A stretch of 64,000 nucleotides of DNA from Gammaproteobacteria bacterium (GCA_919902765.1 CAKKRP010000028.1:6743-70742); one strand, 5' to 3'; numbered from the stretch's first letter, positions 1 through 10,370 are shown. Program-made: numbers and translations. Notes: a model not told the origin generated them from the sequence alone.

Positions 1-276
1 GGGCAAATGCTTGCCGGACAAAACATACACAAACGCCAATACTTCCGCGACCGCCATATAAAGATTCACGGGGATATCATCATTCAAATCAAGCTTGGAT
101 AGAATTTTCACCAATTGCGCGTCTTCATATAAGGGGATGTTATGCGCACGTGCGATTTCAATAATTTTTTGCGCCAGCAACCCTTCACCTTTAGCGACCA
201 CACGCGGGACAGTCGCGTCGCCGGAGTATTTTAACACCACCGCGCTGGTGGGCGTGGTTTCAGACGGATTCGTCAT
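1..276 (-). CDS. FlhB C-terminal domain-like small protein (EscU/YscU/FlhB C-term family), 3' end truncated by window edge
   Basis: Minus-strand translation from ATG at 276: MTNPSETTPTSAVVLKYSGDATVPRVVAKGEGLLAQKIIEIARAHNIPLYEDAQLVKILSKLDL..., which resembles the FlhB/YscU C-terminal autocleavage domain. Its start overlaps the fliK-like stop in an ATGA arrangement. Confidence 0.55.
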   Translation of the reverse strand, partial: MTNPSETTPTSAVVLKYSGDATVPRVVAKGEGLLAQKIIEIARAHNIPLYEDAQLVKILSKLDLNDDIPVNLYMAVAEVLAFVYVLSGKHLP

Positions 277-2042
277 GCCTTGATATCCAACATCGATTTT
301 CCCATCGGTAACGGCGGGTCGGTTTGGTCCGCCACCGATCCTGCGAGGCAATGCAGGTGTTGCACTTCGAGCCCATTCGCAGCGAGCGCCCCGCGTAATT
401 TTGCAAGTTCCGTTTGGGCCTTGACCAGCGTCGGCGCGCGTTCGGCATAAAATACGACGGATACGTTTTTATCCAGCAAGCTAATGCGCGCCGACAGCGG
501 CCCCAGCGGCTCAATATCCGTCGCCAGTGTCACACAAAACGGCGCACGACCCTGCGCATCACGACGCGTGGTGTCTTCTTCGATGCGCATGCGCAAGGTG
601 TGGAGTTGTTGCGACAATTGCACAGGCAATTCAAACGTCCATACCGTTTGTTGATTCTGGTGGGCGGTGAGCGCCGCTAATTGATGCACTTGTTGACGTG
701 CCAATGCGCCTTCAGCGGATTTCGTTACTGCGGTAAATATCGCCTCGTCATGCGTCGCACGGGTGTGCGGTTTTAATTTTTTGGTATCTGGCGTGGGCAT
801 TTTTGCATTTTTAGGCGGGGTATCGACAAACGCGTCCGCTGTTGCGCGAGGCGCATTTGTATTGATAGGCGTAGTTGATTGATTAGCACTGGCCGCAATA
901 ACCGGTGGCACCTGCGTGCGTGGTGCGGGAACCACGCCACCGGCCTGATGCGTTGGCAATGGGGTGTCGTTAGTGATGGTAGCCTTCGCCGTGGCCCCGC
1001 TAGGGAATGCGCGATCTTTGGATGTGGTTGTACGCGCAACCGCATCTGTGGTCTCCGGCGTAGTCGTTGGGCCTACAATCACGACGGGGATGTCGCGTGT
1101 GGGTGTGGCAGACGCAGGCGCGGTTTGCGTGGCTGTCGCCGCCGGCGCGGGGTTGGTGGCCGGCGTTGTTGGCGCAAGTGCCGACGCCTTAGGCGGCAGC
1201 GGCTCGATGGGTGCCGGTGGAGCTGTTGCGGGGCGCGTGGTTAAATGGGGGGTGACCGCTTCCGGCGCGGCCTCAGCGGCCGTTGTGGAGGCTTCTGGAG
1301 CCATAGCTAGCGCATTTTTTGGTGACGATGTTGGGGTGGTCGCTGGGGTGGTGGGCGGGGACGGTTGCAGTTGCTGCACCAGCCTGAGCAAGGCCGCTTT
1401 AAAATCGGTGGTGGAGATCGTGGCGGGTGTCTCGGTCGCGGTGGAAGAGAGCGCTTGCGCCAAGCGATGTTCCAAAAAAATGCCGGAGTTACGCACCGCA
1501 TCCTGCACGCCCTTGGCGGTGGTCAATTGGTGCGCAGGCACGGCTTGTTGGGTGAACTGTTGCGTGGCATCATTCAGCGCCTTCAGTTGTGGCGTGGCCT
1601 GGGTTGTATCCAGCGCCTTGAGCATGGCAAACACATCCTGCACCAGTTTTTCCAACGATTGTTGTTGCGGCAACACATTCAGCAAGGCCTGCATACGTTG
1701 CAGGGCCTCGGTTTGTTGTGCGGTGATTTGCGGCATGATTTGCAACACCAAGGTCGCGCCAGCGTTGAGTATGCGTAAACTCAATTGTTGGCCGTTAAAC
1801 AACGGCACTTCGGTTTTGGCCTGGATTAATTTATTCGCGATTTCCAAGATGACGGTATGTGGGTCCAACGTCTCGACTACACGCGCCATTACTACCGTCT
1901 CCGCGTTTGGGTCGCCCTGCGGGCTGGGCGTGGGCGAGCCGCTAGTGGCGCGGTCAGGCGGGATGAATTGCTTAAATATATTGGAAATATCCATCGTCGC
2001 GGTCTCAATCAACCTTGGGCAAGCGATATGGGTGACGGCCAA
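273..2042 (-). CDS. fliK: Flagellar hook-length control protein FliK-like
   Basis: 589 aa with a long Pro/Thr/Ala-rich low-complexity centre. The C-terminus (TVWTFELPVQLSQQLHTLRMRIEEDT...LGPLSARISLLDKNVSVVFYAERAPTLVKAQTELAKLRGALAANGLEVQHL) matches the conserved FliK C-terminal Flg_hook domain. The start may instead be the internal Met at about 1994. Confidence 0.6.
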   Translation of the reverse strand: MAVTHIACPRLIETATMDISNIFKQFIPPDRATSGSPTPSPQGDPNAETVVMARVVETLDPHTVILEIANKLIQAKTEVPLFNGQQLSLRILNAGATLVLQIMPQITAQQTEALQRMQALLNVLPQQQSLEKLVQDVFAMLKALDTTQATPQLKALNDATQQFTQQAVPAHQLTTAKGVQDAVRNSGIFLEHRLAQALSSTATETPATISTTDFKAALLRLVQQLQPSPPTTPATTPTSSPKNALAMAPEASTTAAEAAPEAVTPHLTTRPATAPPAPIEPLPPKASALAPTTPATNPAPAATATQTAPASATPTRDIPVVIVGPTTTPETTDAVARTTTSKDRAFPSGATAKATITNDTPLPTHQAGGVVPAPRTQVPPVIAASANQSTTPINTNAPRATADAFVDTPPKNAKMPTPDTKKLKPHTRATHDEAIFTAVTKSAEGALARQQVHQLAALTAHQNQQTVWTFELPVQLSQQLHTLRMRIEEDTTRRDAQGRAPFCVTLATDIEPLGPLSARISLLDKNVSVVFYAERAPTLVKAQTELAKLRGALAANGLEVQHLHCLAGSVADQTDPPLPMGKSMLDIKA

Positions 2043-2093
2043 AATAGACGCGCACTTGATGATTTTTTGCGCTCAAAGGCGGGTGTATGAGAG

Positions 2094-2519
2094 TCATTCC
2101 GAGTGCAACGAGAGTTGAAATTGACGCAGCTCGGTGACAATATTCTTGAGCGCCTCGGAACCTATGCTGCTGCTCAATTGGTGATACAATACCGTCTCAA
2201 TATTTTCAATGTCCGCGTGCAAGGCAAAGGCCTTTGGGGTGGGCGCGACTTTGACAAGGCGCGCATCATGGGCGTCGTCATGTTTGCGCGTGACAAAGCC
2301 CTTCAGCTCCAATTGATCGACAATGCGGCTGACGGTGGATTTTTCTAGATTGAGCTCACGCGCCAGCACTTGGTGATTCAGCCCGAAATGGGTTAATACT
2401 GCACGCAGCACATAGGCCTGCTGAGAAGTCAGGCCCAATTGCGCATAGGCTTGATCCCACTGTCGGTTGAGGGTGCGTGCGAGGCTATTGACGTTAAAAT
2501 AGAGGCAGCGTTCAAACAT
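2094..2519 (-). CDS. MarR family transcriptional regulator
   Basis: 141 aa with a winged-HTH MarR-like core (LTSQQAYVLRAVLTHFGLNHQVLARELNLEKSTVSRIVDQLELKGFVTRKHDDAHDARLVKV). Confidence 0.8.
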   Translation of the reverse strand: MFERCLYFNVNSLARTLNRQWDQAYAQLGLTSQQAYVLRAVLTHFGLNHQVLARELNLEKSTVSRIVDQLELKGFVTRKHDDAHDARLVKVAPTPKAFALHADIENIETVLYHQLSSSIGSEALKNIVTELRQFQLSLHSE

Positions 2520-2729
2520 GGCGGTCTAAACTAAATAATGTGTATCCGTTGTACATGCAACAAGCGTGACCGATTGGCGGGGGATTAGCAGCAACGGGGC
2601 GCTTGTAGCATATTTGGCGCATTATCAACATTTTGGCGCTAAAAGTTTAGAATTCAATGCAGGTCAGGGCTACGCAATCGCTAGGCCATCTAAATTAGCG
2701 TCTCGCGCGGAAATATTGTAATGGCGAAG

Positions 2730-2906
2730 TCAAGGTGTATGTGGGTGGGAGCGTTGTTGGAGTAGCGGAGGGCCTGTGGGGCTTTCGCCGACCGGGTTGG
2801 AGACTTTGGCGCAACTGGAAAAAATAATAGCGAGGGCGACACCCCAAAGGGCTAAATGAAAAAGCGCGTAGGTGTTATGGTATTTGGGTCTGCCGTTAGA
2901 TTTCAT
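2730..2906 (-). CDS. Candidate small single-TM membrane protein (hypothetical)
   Basis: ORF MKSNGRPKYHNTYALFHLALWGVALAIIFSSCAKVSNPVGESPTGPPLLQQRSHPHTP with a strong SD (GGAGGGTGGGG) 7 nt upstream of the internal ATG at 2906. It has a hydrophobic stretch and sits in a 600-bp intergenic region divergent from marR. Confidence 0.25.
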   Translation of the reverse strand: MKSNGRPKYHNTYALFHLALWGVALAIIFSSCAKVSNPVGESPTGPPLLQQRSHPHTP

Positions 2907-3125
2907 AGCCCCACCCTCCATTGTTTTATTTAAAAATATTTAAAAACCCAATCATACGTTAATATACCCCATGCAGACAAGGCGGGGCTTGAAAATTTTC
3001 AAAAAATCGGTATGTTTGCGCGTGGTGGAACGGCAATGAAACTTTTTTTCGGTTTTGGGTCTAACCGCGCATCGTCGGTAAGGCTAGATGATAGACGGGC
3101 GTCATTTCAAAAAAGAGGTAATACT

Positions 3126-4052
3126 ATGGTGGAAGTACAGCAACTTACCAAACGCTTCGGATCGCGCTTGGCGGTCGATCAACTCAGTTTTAATGTGGGG
3201 CCAGGTGAGGTGTTAGGATTTTTAGGCCCCAATGGCGCGGGCAAATCGACGACCATGAAAATGGTCACGGGATTTTTGCAACCCACTTCGGGCACTGCGC
3301 GGGTCAATGGATTCGATATTTTAGAACAGCCTTTGGACGCCAAAAAAGCCATGGGTTATTTGCCGGAAGGCGCGCCCGCCTACGGCGATATGACAGTACA
3401 GCAATTTTTGAATTTTATCGCCGACATACGTGGATTGAGCGGCGATTTTAAACGCGCACGTATGCAACGCGTCGTCGAAGACGTACACCTCACGCAAGTA
3501 TTGGCGCAACGTATAGATACCTTGTCTAAAGGTTTTCGGCGACGCGTGGGTTTGGCGCAGGCGATTATACATGATCCAAAGGTATTGATTCTCGATGAAC
3601 CTACGGACGGTTTAGATCCCAATCAAAAGCATGAAGTACGACACCTGATACGCAATATGTCCAAAGATAAAATCATTGTAATTTCAACGCACATCCTCGA
3701 AGAAGTGGAGGCCGTGTGTACGCGCGCCATGATCATTGCGCATGGTAAACTGTTGGCGGACGGGACACCCGATGATCTCGCGGCAAAATCTCGCTATCAC
3801 GGGGCGGTGACTTTAAAACTAGCGGCGCGCGACGAGGCGGCCCGCGTATTAAAAGAATTACCCGATGTGCTCGAAGTGAAAAACGAAGATGCGTCTAATG
3901 AATTGACGGTCTTTCCGCGCCCAGGCGCGGCGGTGCTGCAAAGCGTCAGCGCCATGGTAGAACAGAAACGTTGGACGGTGCAGGCGCTTTATCAACAAAA
4001 GGGTAGGTTGGACGACGTGTTTAGACAAATTACCGGGGGGGCCGCAGCGTGA
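3126..4052 (+). CDS. ABC transporter ATP-binding protein (ABC-2 / GldA-like)
   Basis: Walker A GPNGAGKST, signature LSKGFRRRVGLAQA and Walker B ILDEPTDGLD are present. Start chosen at Met 3126 (MVEVQQLTKRFG), preceded by SD AAGAGG. The track ORF begins upstream at 3012. Confidence 0.9.
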   Translation: MVEVQQLTKRFGSRLAVDQLSFNVGPGEVLGFLGPNGAGKSTTMKMVTGFLQPTSGTARVNGFDILEQPLDAKKAMGYLPEGAPAYGDMTVQQFLNFIADIRGLSGDFKRARMQRVVEDVHLTQVLAQRIDTLSKGFRRRVGLAQAIIHDPKVLILDEPTDGLDPNQKHEVRHLIRNMSKDKIIVISTHILEEVEAVCTRAMIIAHGKLLADGTPDDLAAKSRYHGAVTLKLAARDEAARVLKELPDVLEVKNEDASNELTVFPRPGAAVLQSVSAMVEQKRWTVQALYQQKGRLDDVFRQITGGAAA

Positions 4053-4789
4053 AAAATCATCCCATTTCAATTTTGTTAAAACGTGAATTGAATAGTTATT
4101 TCGCGACGCCCTTAGCCTATGTGTTTATTGTTATTTTTCTCGCGTTGACCGGCGTTTTTACGTTTTATCTTGGCAATTTTTTTGAGCGTAATCAGGCGGA
4201 TTTAGCGCCGTTTTTCGGATTCCATCCGTGGTTGTATCTGTTTTTGATTCCAGCCATCGCCATGGGAATATGGGCCGAAGAGCGCAAGACCGGCACGATA
4301 GAATTGTTGCTGACCTTGCCGATTACGTTGTGGCAAACGGTGATCGCAAAATTTCTCGCTGCGTGGGCCTTTATCGCCATCGCCTTGGCGTGTACGTTTC
4401 CGATGTGGATTACCGTCAATTATTTGGGCGATGCGGACAACGGCGCGATATTTACCGCCTACATCGGTAGTTTATTAATGGCGGGCGGTTATTTGGCGGC
4501 CGGTATGTGCATATCCGCGCTCACACGCTCGCAGGTCATCGCATTTATCGTCAGTCTGGTCGTGTGTTTTGTCTTTGTGATGGCGGGTTTTCCGATGGTG
4601 GTCGATGTGGTGCGCGGATGGTTGCCCAATGGCATCGTCGATGCGTTAGCGGGTATGAGCTTTTTGACGCATTTTCAAGCGCTCAGCAAGGGCGTGTTGG
4701 ATCTGCGCGATGTCGTCTATTTTGTCGCCATGATCGCGGCTTGGTTGTACGCCAGCATCTTAATCATCGATCTGAAAAAGGCCGAGTAA
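4049..4789 (+). CDS. ABC-2 type transporter permease (GldF-like)
   Basis: 246 aa multi-pass hydrophobic protein, start overlapping the upstream ATPase stop (ATGA), typical of ABC-2 permeases. Confidence 0.8.
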   Translation: MKNHPISILLKRELNSYFATPLAYVFIVIFLALTGVFTFYLGNFFERNQADLAPFFGFHPWLYLFLIPAIAMGIWAEERKTGTIELLLTLPITLWQTVIAKFLAAWAFIAIALACTFPMWITVNYLGDADNGAIFTAYIGSLLMAGGYLAAGMCISALTRSQVIAFIVSLVVCFVFVMAGFPMVVDVVRGWLPNGIVDALAGMSFLTHFQALSKGVLDLRDVVYFVAMIAAWLYASILIIDLKKAE

Positions 4790-4802
4790 GGGAGTTCAGC
4801 AA

Positions 4803-6689
4803 ATGAAAAATTGGTTAGTGAATCGTAAGTTTACCTCTGGCAGCGGACTGGCCGTCATCGCCGTGTTATTGGTGGCCAGCGTCGCCCTCAGCAATGTCTT
4901 ATTGCGCGGCGTGCGCTTGGATTTAACGGAAAATTCTGTGTATACCTTATCCACGGGTACGCAATCTATCTTGTCAAAAATCGATGAACCGATAGATGTA
5001 TATTTCTTTTTCTCGAAATCAGGTTTGCAAGGTATCCCGCAGTTGGCGAGTTATGGCGCGCATGTGCGCGAAACCTTGGAAGAAATGGCGGGTGCGGCGG
5101 GGGGTAAATTGCGCCTCCATGTGATCGATCCCGAAGCGTTTTCGGACGATGAAGATCGCGCGGCAAAATTCGGTGTACAGCCTGTGCCCATAAGTAATGG
5201 CGGTGAAAATATTTATTTCGGTATGGCCGCGACCAACGCGGTGGGCAAGACAGAGGCGATTGCCTTTTTTCAACCGGAACGCGAAAGCACGTTGGAATAC
5301 GACGTGACCAAGGCGATTTACGAATTGAGCCGGGCCAAAAAGCCGGTCTTGGGCGTATTAAGTTCGCTGGAAATGCAGGGTGGTTTCGATGCTCAGCGTA
5401 TGGCGCCTAAACCGGGGTGGGTGGTGTATGACCAATTGCGTCAGATGTTTGAACTACGCAATTTGGAGAAAGAGGTAAAGGAAATCGCCAGGGATATCGA
5501 TTTATTATTGCTCGTCCATCCGGTGGCGCTGTCGCCGGCAACGAGCTATGCGATAGATCAATATGTCATGAATGGCGGCAAGGTGCTGGCCTTTATCGAT
5601 CCATACGCCGAGTCTGCCGCTGCCGGCCCCAACGGCATGCCCAATCAGGGCGCGCAAACACAGTCTAATCCGACTGAACTGCTGAAATCGTGGGGCTTGA
5701 GTATGCGCGCGGATAGCGTGCTGGGCGATTCAACCTACGCCTTACAAGTGGGTGTCGGTGCCATGGGTCCACCCGTCTATCATTATGCGATGTTAGGCAT
5801 CCCGTCGGAAGGTATGCACAAAACCGACGTAGCGACGCGTAATCTCAAACGCATTAACGTGGCCTTCGTTGGCATATTGGACACGCTGAAGGACAGCGGA
5901 ATGGAAGTGACGCCCTTGCTGACTTCGAGTAAACAGGCCGCACCTTTACCTGGCTTCCGCGTACAAATGGGCGGTAATCCTGCGCAATTGCAACAGGGTT
6001 TTGTGCCGACAAACGAACAATACACCTTTGCGGCGCGCAGTCATGGTACGGCGAAATCGGCATTTGCAAGCGGACCACCGGCAGGCGTGGCGGTGAGTGG
6101 TAAGCACTTGGCCCAATCTGCAACGCCAGTGGATGTAGTGGTTGTTGCCGATACGGATATGTTGACGGATAGATTCTGGGTGCGCGTACAGGACTTTTTC
6201 GGCCAACGCTTGATGTCGCCGTGGGCCAGTAACGGAGATTTTATCATCAACGTGGCGGATAACTTAGCGGGTAGCAGCGATTTGATCGGTATACGCGGTC
6301 GTGCGGCATTTACACGCCCGTTTGATAAGTTGGATCAACTAAAACGCAATGCGGATAAGAGTTTTCGTACAAAAGAACAGGAATTGCAGACCCGGTTGCG
6401 TGAAACGGAGAGCAAACTGGCGGCAATGGAACGCAGCAAGGGCGATGGCAATGCGTCTTTGTTGTCGGCGGAGCAGCAGCGTGAAATTCAAAATTTCCGT
6501 AACGAGAAATTAAAAATCCGCAAAGAATTGCGTGATGTGCGGCATCAATTAGACCGCGATATCGAACGCCTGGGTTCTATTTTGAAATTTATCAATATTA
6601 TCTTGGTCCCGGCCTTGCTGGTGGTGGGCGTCATAGTGTGGCTGCGTATGCAGCGCCGTAAAGAAGTCAGCGTTGGAGGTGCGGCATGA
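4803..6689 (+). CDS. ABC transporter auxiliary component, GldG-like (ABC_transp_aux family)
   Basis: 628 aa with an N-terminal TM anchor, a large periplasmic domain, and a C-terminal coiled-coil plus TM (ILVPALLVVGVIVWL). Its architecture and position after the GldA/GldF-like genes match GldG-family proteins. Confidence 0.7.
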   Translation: MKNWLVNRKFTSGSGLAVIAVLLVASVALSNVLLRGVRLDLTENSVYTLSTGTQSILSKIDEPIDVYFFFSKSGLQGIPQLASYGAHVRETLEEMAGAAGGKLRLHVIDPEAFSDDEDRAAKFGVQPVPISNGGENIYFGMAATNAVGKTEAIAFFQPERESTLEYDVTKAIYELSRAKKPVLGVLSSLEMQGGFDAQRMAPKPGWVVYDQLRQMFELRNLEKEVKEIARDIDLLLLVHPVALSPATSYAIDQYVMNGGKVLAFIDPYAESAAAGPNGMPNQGAQTQSNPTELLKSWGLSMRADSVLGDSTYALQVGVGAMGPPVYHYAMLGIPSEGMHKTDVATRNLKRINVAFVGILDTLKDSGMEVTPLLTSSKQAAPLPGFRVQMGGNPAQLQQGFVPTNEQYTFAARSHGTAKSAFASGPPAGVAVSGKHLAQSATPVDVVVVADTDMLTDRFWVRVQDFFGQRLMSPWASNGDFIINVADNLAGSSDLIGIRGRAAFTRPFDKLDQLKRNADKSFRTKEQELQTRLRETESKLAAMERSKGDGNASLLSAEQQREIQNFRNEKLKIRKELRDVRHQLDRDIERLGSILKFINIILVPALLVVGVIVWLRMQRRKEVSVGGAA

Positions 6690-7783
6690 AAACACAACAA
6701 TGGGGTGCATTGGCGTGGATCACCTTGGTCGTCGTTGCGCTGGGAGTGGGTTTGAGTATGTGGCGCGATCATGACGCCAGCGCCAAACCTAAGCCCGCGT
6801 TTCCACAATTGGAGTCACAGTTGAACGAGGTTGCGAAAATATCGGTGCGCGCCGCAAATAATGTCGCGGTGACTTTAGAACGCACAGACGCTGGGTGGGT
6901 GGTGGCCGACAAATCGCGTTATCCGGCTGACAGCGGCATGTTGCGCAAAGAGTTATTGCAACTTGCGCATCTGGAATTGTTAGAGGCCAAGACCAAAAAG
7001 CCGGAAAACTACGCGCAATTGGGCGTACAGGCCTTGGATCAAGCCGGCAGCGAAGCGATAGAGGTGCAGGTATTTGGCGCCAATAACGCAATGGTCGCGC
7101 ATGCCTTAGTCGGCAAGAACGCAAATGGCGGCGCGTATTTACGTTTGGGACACGATGCACAAACCTGGTTAGCGTCGGCACGTCCCGCATTTGCCACCAA
7201 GCCTGAGGATTGGTTGGAAAAAGAAATCGCCAACATCGATGCGCAACGCCTGAGCAAGGTGTCGGTACAGGCCAATGGTGCGAGCTATACCATTGAAAAA
7301 TCGACAGGCAACGATACACCCGTATTGAAAGACGTGCCCAAAGGGCGAGCCGTCAAAGACAGCGAAGTACGGCGCATCATCGGTGGTTTGAGTAATTTGC
7401 GATTTGAAAATGTGTTGCCCGCAGCACAAGCGCCGAGCGCCAAATCGGCGGTCAAAATGCGTTTTGAGACTGCCGATGGCTTGGTTGTGGAGACTATGAC
7501 GTATAAGGATGCGGATAAGATTTATACCACCTTTACGCCTAGTTTTGCCGCAAAGCCGCCAACGGCAGCGCCCGCGCCATCCAAAGATGGCCAGGCGCCG
7601 GTAGTAACGCCTACGCCCTCAAATAACACTGCGGTTGTGGCGAACGCACAAGGTGAAAGCGAAAAACTCAAACAGCGATTAAATGGTTGGGTCTATGTGA
7701 TACCGGCGCATCAGGCAGACGTCTTGATGTTAAATCGCGACGCCTTATTGGAACCCATGGTGAAAACCAAGGCCAAAAAATAG
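6686..7783 (+). CDS. DUF4340-like protein (conserved partner of GldG-type ABC systems)
   Basis: 365 aa with an N-terminal TM/signal anchor (WGALAWITLVVVALGVGL), translationally coupled to the gldG-like gene. This family typically follows GldG. Confidence 0.55.
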   Translation: MKTQQWGALAWITLVVVALGVGLSMWRDHDASAKPKPAFPQLESQLNEVAKISVRAANNVAVTLERTDAGWVVADKSRYPADSGMLRKELLQLAHLELLEAKTKKPENYAQLGVQALDQAGSEAIEVQVFGANNAMVAHALVGKNANGGAYLRLGHDAQTWLASARPAFATKPEDWLEKEIANIDAQRLSKVSVQANGASYTIEKSTGNDTPVLKDVPKGRAVKDSEVRRIIGGLSNLRFENVLPAAQAPSAKSAVKMRFETADGLVVETMTYKDADKIYTTFTPSFAAKPPTAAPAPSKDGQAPVVTPTPSNNTAVVANAQGESEKLKQRLNGWVYVIPAHQADVLMLNRDALLEPMVKTKAKK

Positions 7784-7808
7784 GCTTTGCAGCTCAGATC
7801 GCTACAGC

Positions 7809-7837
7809 AGGGGCGTTGCAGACGCCCCTCTTTTTTG
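7809..7837 (+). terminator. Rho-independent terminator after the ABC/DUF4340 operon
   Basis: AGGGGCG-ttgcaga-CGCCCCT hairpin followed by CTTTTTTG. Confidence 0.75.
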
Positions 7838-8006
7838 CCCTATCTATTCTTTAACTGTAGAATTTTACTACATTTTTCAAATAAATCAGCACGCTGTCTC
7901 CCGCATTTTTATGCGTTAAAGTTTTCTTGCATTGTGTCGAATACCCGACAGGCAATATTTGCTCGCGTTGAGTATTCAAGTTACTAACAAGAAAGTTGCA
8001 TGAATA

Positions 8007-10370
8007 ATGGAGATAGGCGATATGACAAACCCTGGCAGCAATAGCATCGCAAACGCGACCGTTGTGGACAATCTAGATGTGCTAAAAGATATATTGGAGT
8101 TCGCTCCCATCAATATTATGATCGCCGATGCCAATGAAAATATCATTTTCGTCAATAAACGCTCGCGCGATATTTTGCAAAATGTAGAGGGTGAATTGGC
8201 GAAATACCTGCCGGGCTTTAGCGCCAATCAAGTGTTAGGCGGCAGCATACATCGCTATCACAAAGACCCCGGTGCGATAAAAAGAATACTGCATGGATTG
8301 CAACCCGGTATGACACGTAAAGGCGAGATCGCGCCCGGTCATTTTGTCTTTGAACATGAAACACGTGTCTTAGTAGATCGTGCGGGGCAACGCCTCGGCT
8401 ATGTGGTGCAGTGGCATGATGTCACGGAAAAACGCCAAAAAGAAGAACAAGCGCAGCGTTTACAAACGGCGGTCGATGGTGCGCAATTGGCGATGATGAC
8501 CATTAATCGCGAACTGATAGTCACTTATGCAAATGAAGAAACCAAGAAATTAATGAAGAAAAACGCCGATGTGTTGTCGGGGTTGTATCGCGGATTCGAT
8601 GCCACTAAATTGTTGGGCACTTGTATCGATATTTTCCATAAAAATCCCGCGCATCAACGGCGATTATTGGAGGACGCAAGAAATTTGCCTTTTGAAACCG
8701 ACATCCAAGTCGGCCCATTGACATTTCATATTCGCGCGTCCGCCATCCACAACTTGGCGGGCCAATATGTGGGCAACACCTTAGAGTGGAATGATGTCAC
8801 CGAGTTGCGGCGCCGCGAAGTGGATGTAAAACGCTTGCAGTCCGCTATAGATGGCTCAAAAACCGCTTTGATGCTGTGCGACAAAGACCTCAAGATCACC
8901 TTTGCGAATCCTGCGGTGGTTGATTTGTTACGCCACCGGCAAAATCAATTGTCTAAATTATTTCCAGGATTTGATCCCAACAAATTGCTCGGCGTGTGTA
9001 TCGATGGGTTTCATAAAAACCCTGCGCATCAACGTGCGTTGTTATCGAATACCGCGCGTTTACCCTATGAAGGCCACATAGAATTACCAGGTATGGAATT
9101 TGTTGTGAACGCCACCGCTATACTCGATGGGCAAGGCAATTACATGGGTAATATGGTCGAATGGCAGGATGTGACGGAACAGAAAGATGCGGAACGGCGC
9201 GTACAAGAACTGATTGACGCGGCGATTAAAGGGCAATTAGATAAACGTATAGAATCTGAACGCTACCAAGGGTTTTTAAAAAAAATTGGAGAGGGCATAA
9301 ATCACTTGATAGATGCCGTCGTACAACCGCTTAAAGACGGCACGCAGGTCATGCAGTCGCTTGCCGAGGGTGACTTAACCAATACCATGGACGGCCATTA
9401 CGAAGGCGATTACGCGACGTTGCGTGACGCTCTAAATAAGTCGGTCGAGAATTTAGTGAATATGGTCGGTCAGATACGTAATTCTTCTTCCAGCATCACT
9501 GCCGGATCTTCCGAGATTGCGCAAGGCAACGCCGATCTAAGCCAACGCACGGAGCAACAAGCATCGTCATTGGAAGAAACCGCATCCAGCATGGAAGAGC
9601 TGACGAGCACGGTCAAACAAAACGCCGACAATGCGCGCCAAGCGAATCAGTTGGCGGCAGGCGCACGCGGACAGGCGGATAAAGGCCAAGAGGTAGTGCG
9701 CAATGCCATTACGGCAATGTCGGAGATCAGCGGGGCGAGTAAAAAAATTGCGGAAATTATCGGCGTTATCGACGAAATCGCCTTTCAAACCAATTTGCTG
9801 GCGTTGAATGCCGCTGTGGAGGCGGCGCGCGCGGGTGAGCAAGGGCGCGGATTCGCGGTTGTCGCCGCCGAGGTGAGAAATCTTGCGCAACGTAGCGCGG
9901 GTGCGGCTAAGGAAATCAAGAATTTGATTAAGGATAGCGTTGATAAGGTAAGCGAAGGGCAAAAGCTCGTGGATGCGTCCGGTAAGACTTTGGACGAAAT
10001 TGTCATCGCGGTGAAAAAGGTAAGCGATATTATTGCCGAGATTGCGGCCGCCAGCCAAGAACAATCAGCGGGAATCGAGCAAATTAATAAAGCCATTACC
10101 CAATTGGATGAAGTCACTCAGCAAAATGCCGCGTTGGTTGAAGAGGCTGCGGCGGCGAGTGAATCCATGGAGGATCAAGCACAGAATTTACAACAAATGA
10201 TCGCGTTTTTTAAAGTCGATGAACAACAGAACAATTCCCAAAATATGGCCCATGACCCTGCGGTGCGCGGCAAACGTGACGCTACGCGACCAGCAAGTCG
10301 TGCGCCTCGGCAACCCACTGCTGCGACGCCAAGATCGTCTACTAATGGCGGTGATGATGAATGGCGGTAA
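8007..10370 (+). CDS. Soluble methyl-accepting chemotaxis protein with three tandem PAS domains, HAMP and MCP signalling domain
   Basis: Three repeated PAS-like modules (…[24 protein letters not shown]… / …[24 protein letters not shown]…) with no TM segment. The C-terminus carries the highly conserved MCP hairpin ([27 protein letters not shown]… [44 protein letters not shown]). Confidence 0.9.
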   Translation: MEIGDMTNPGSNSIANATVVDNLDVLKDILEFAPINIMIADANENIIFVNKRSRDILQNVEGELAKYLPGFSANQVLGGSIHRYHKDPGAIKRILHGLQPGMTRKGEIAPGHFVFEHETRVLVDRAGQRLGYVVQWHDVTEKRQKEEQAQRLQTAVDGAQLAMMTINRELIVTYANEETKKLMKKNADVLSGLYRGFDATKLLGTCIDIFHKNPAHQRRLLEDARNLPFETDIQVGPLTFHIRASAIHNLAGQYVGNTLEWNDVTELRRREVDVKRLQSAIDGSKTALMLCDKDLKITFANPAVVDLLRHRQNQLSKLFPGFDPNKLLGVCIDGFHKNPAHQRALLSNTARLPYEGHIELPGMEFVVNATAILDGQGNYMGNMVEWQDVTEQKDAERRVQELIDAAIKGQLDKRIESERYQGFLKKIGEGINHLIDAVVQPLKDGTQVMQSLAEGDLTNTMDGHYEGDYATLRDALNKSVENLVNMVGQIRNSSSSITAGSSEIAQGNADLSQRTEQQASSLEETASSMEELTSTVKQNADNARQANQLAAGARGQADKGQEVVRNAITAMSEISGASKKIAEIIGVIDEIAFQTNLLALNAAVEAARAGEQGRGFAVVAAEVRNLAQRSAGAAKEIKNLIKDSVDKVSEGQKLVDASGKTLDEIVIAVKKVSDIIAEIAAASQEQSAGIEQINKAITQLDEVTQQNAALVEEAAAASESMEDQAQNLQQMIAFFKVDEQQNNSQNMAHDPAVRGKRDATRPASRAPRQPTAATPRSSTNGGDDEWR

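Noticed and set aside
964-2118. 384-aa plus-strand ORF, plus further ORFs at 879-1244 and 1365-1778, opposite fliK
   Set aside because: Low-complexity Gly/Ala/Val-rich antisense translation of the Pro/Thr/Ala-rich fliK linker. This is a frame artefact of a GC-rich repetitive region, and no motifs are present.
9567-10117. Minus-strand ORFs inside the MCP signalling domain
   Set aside because: The MCP signalling-domain frame is unambiguous, so the antisense ORFs are artefacts.
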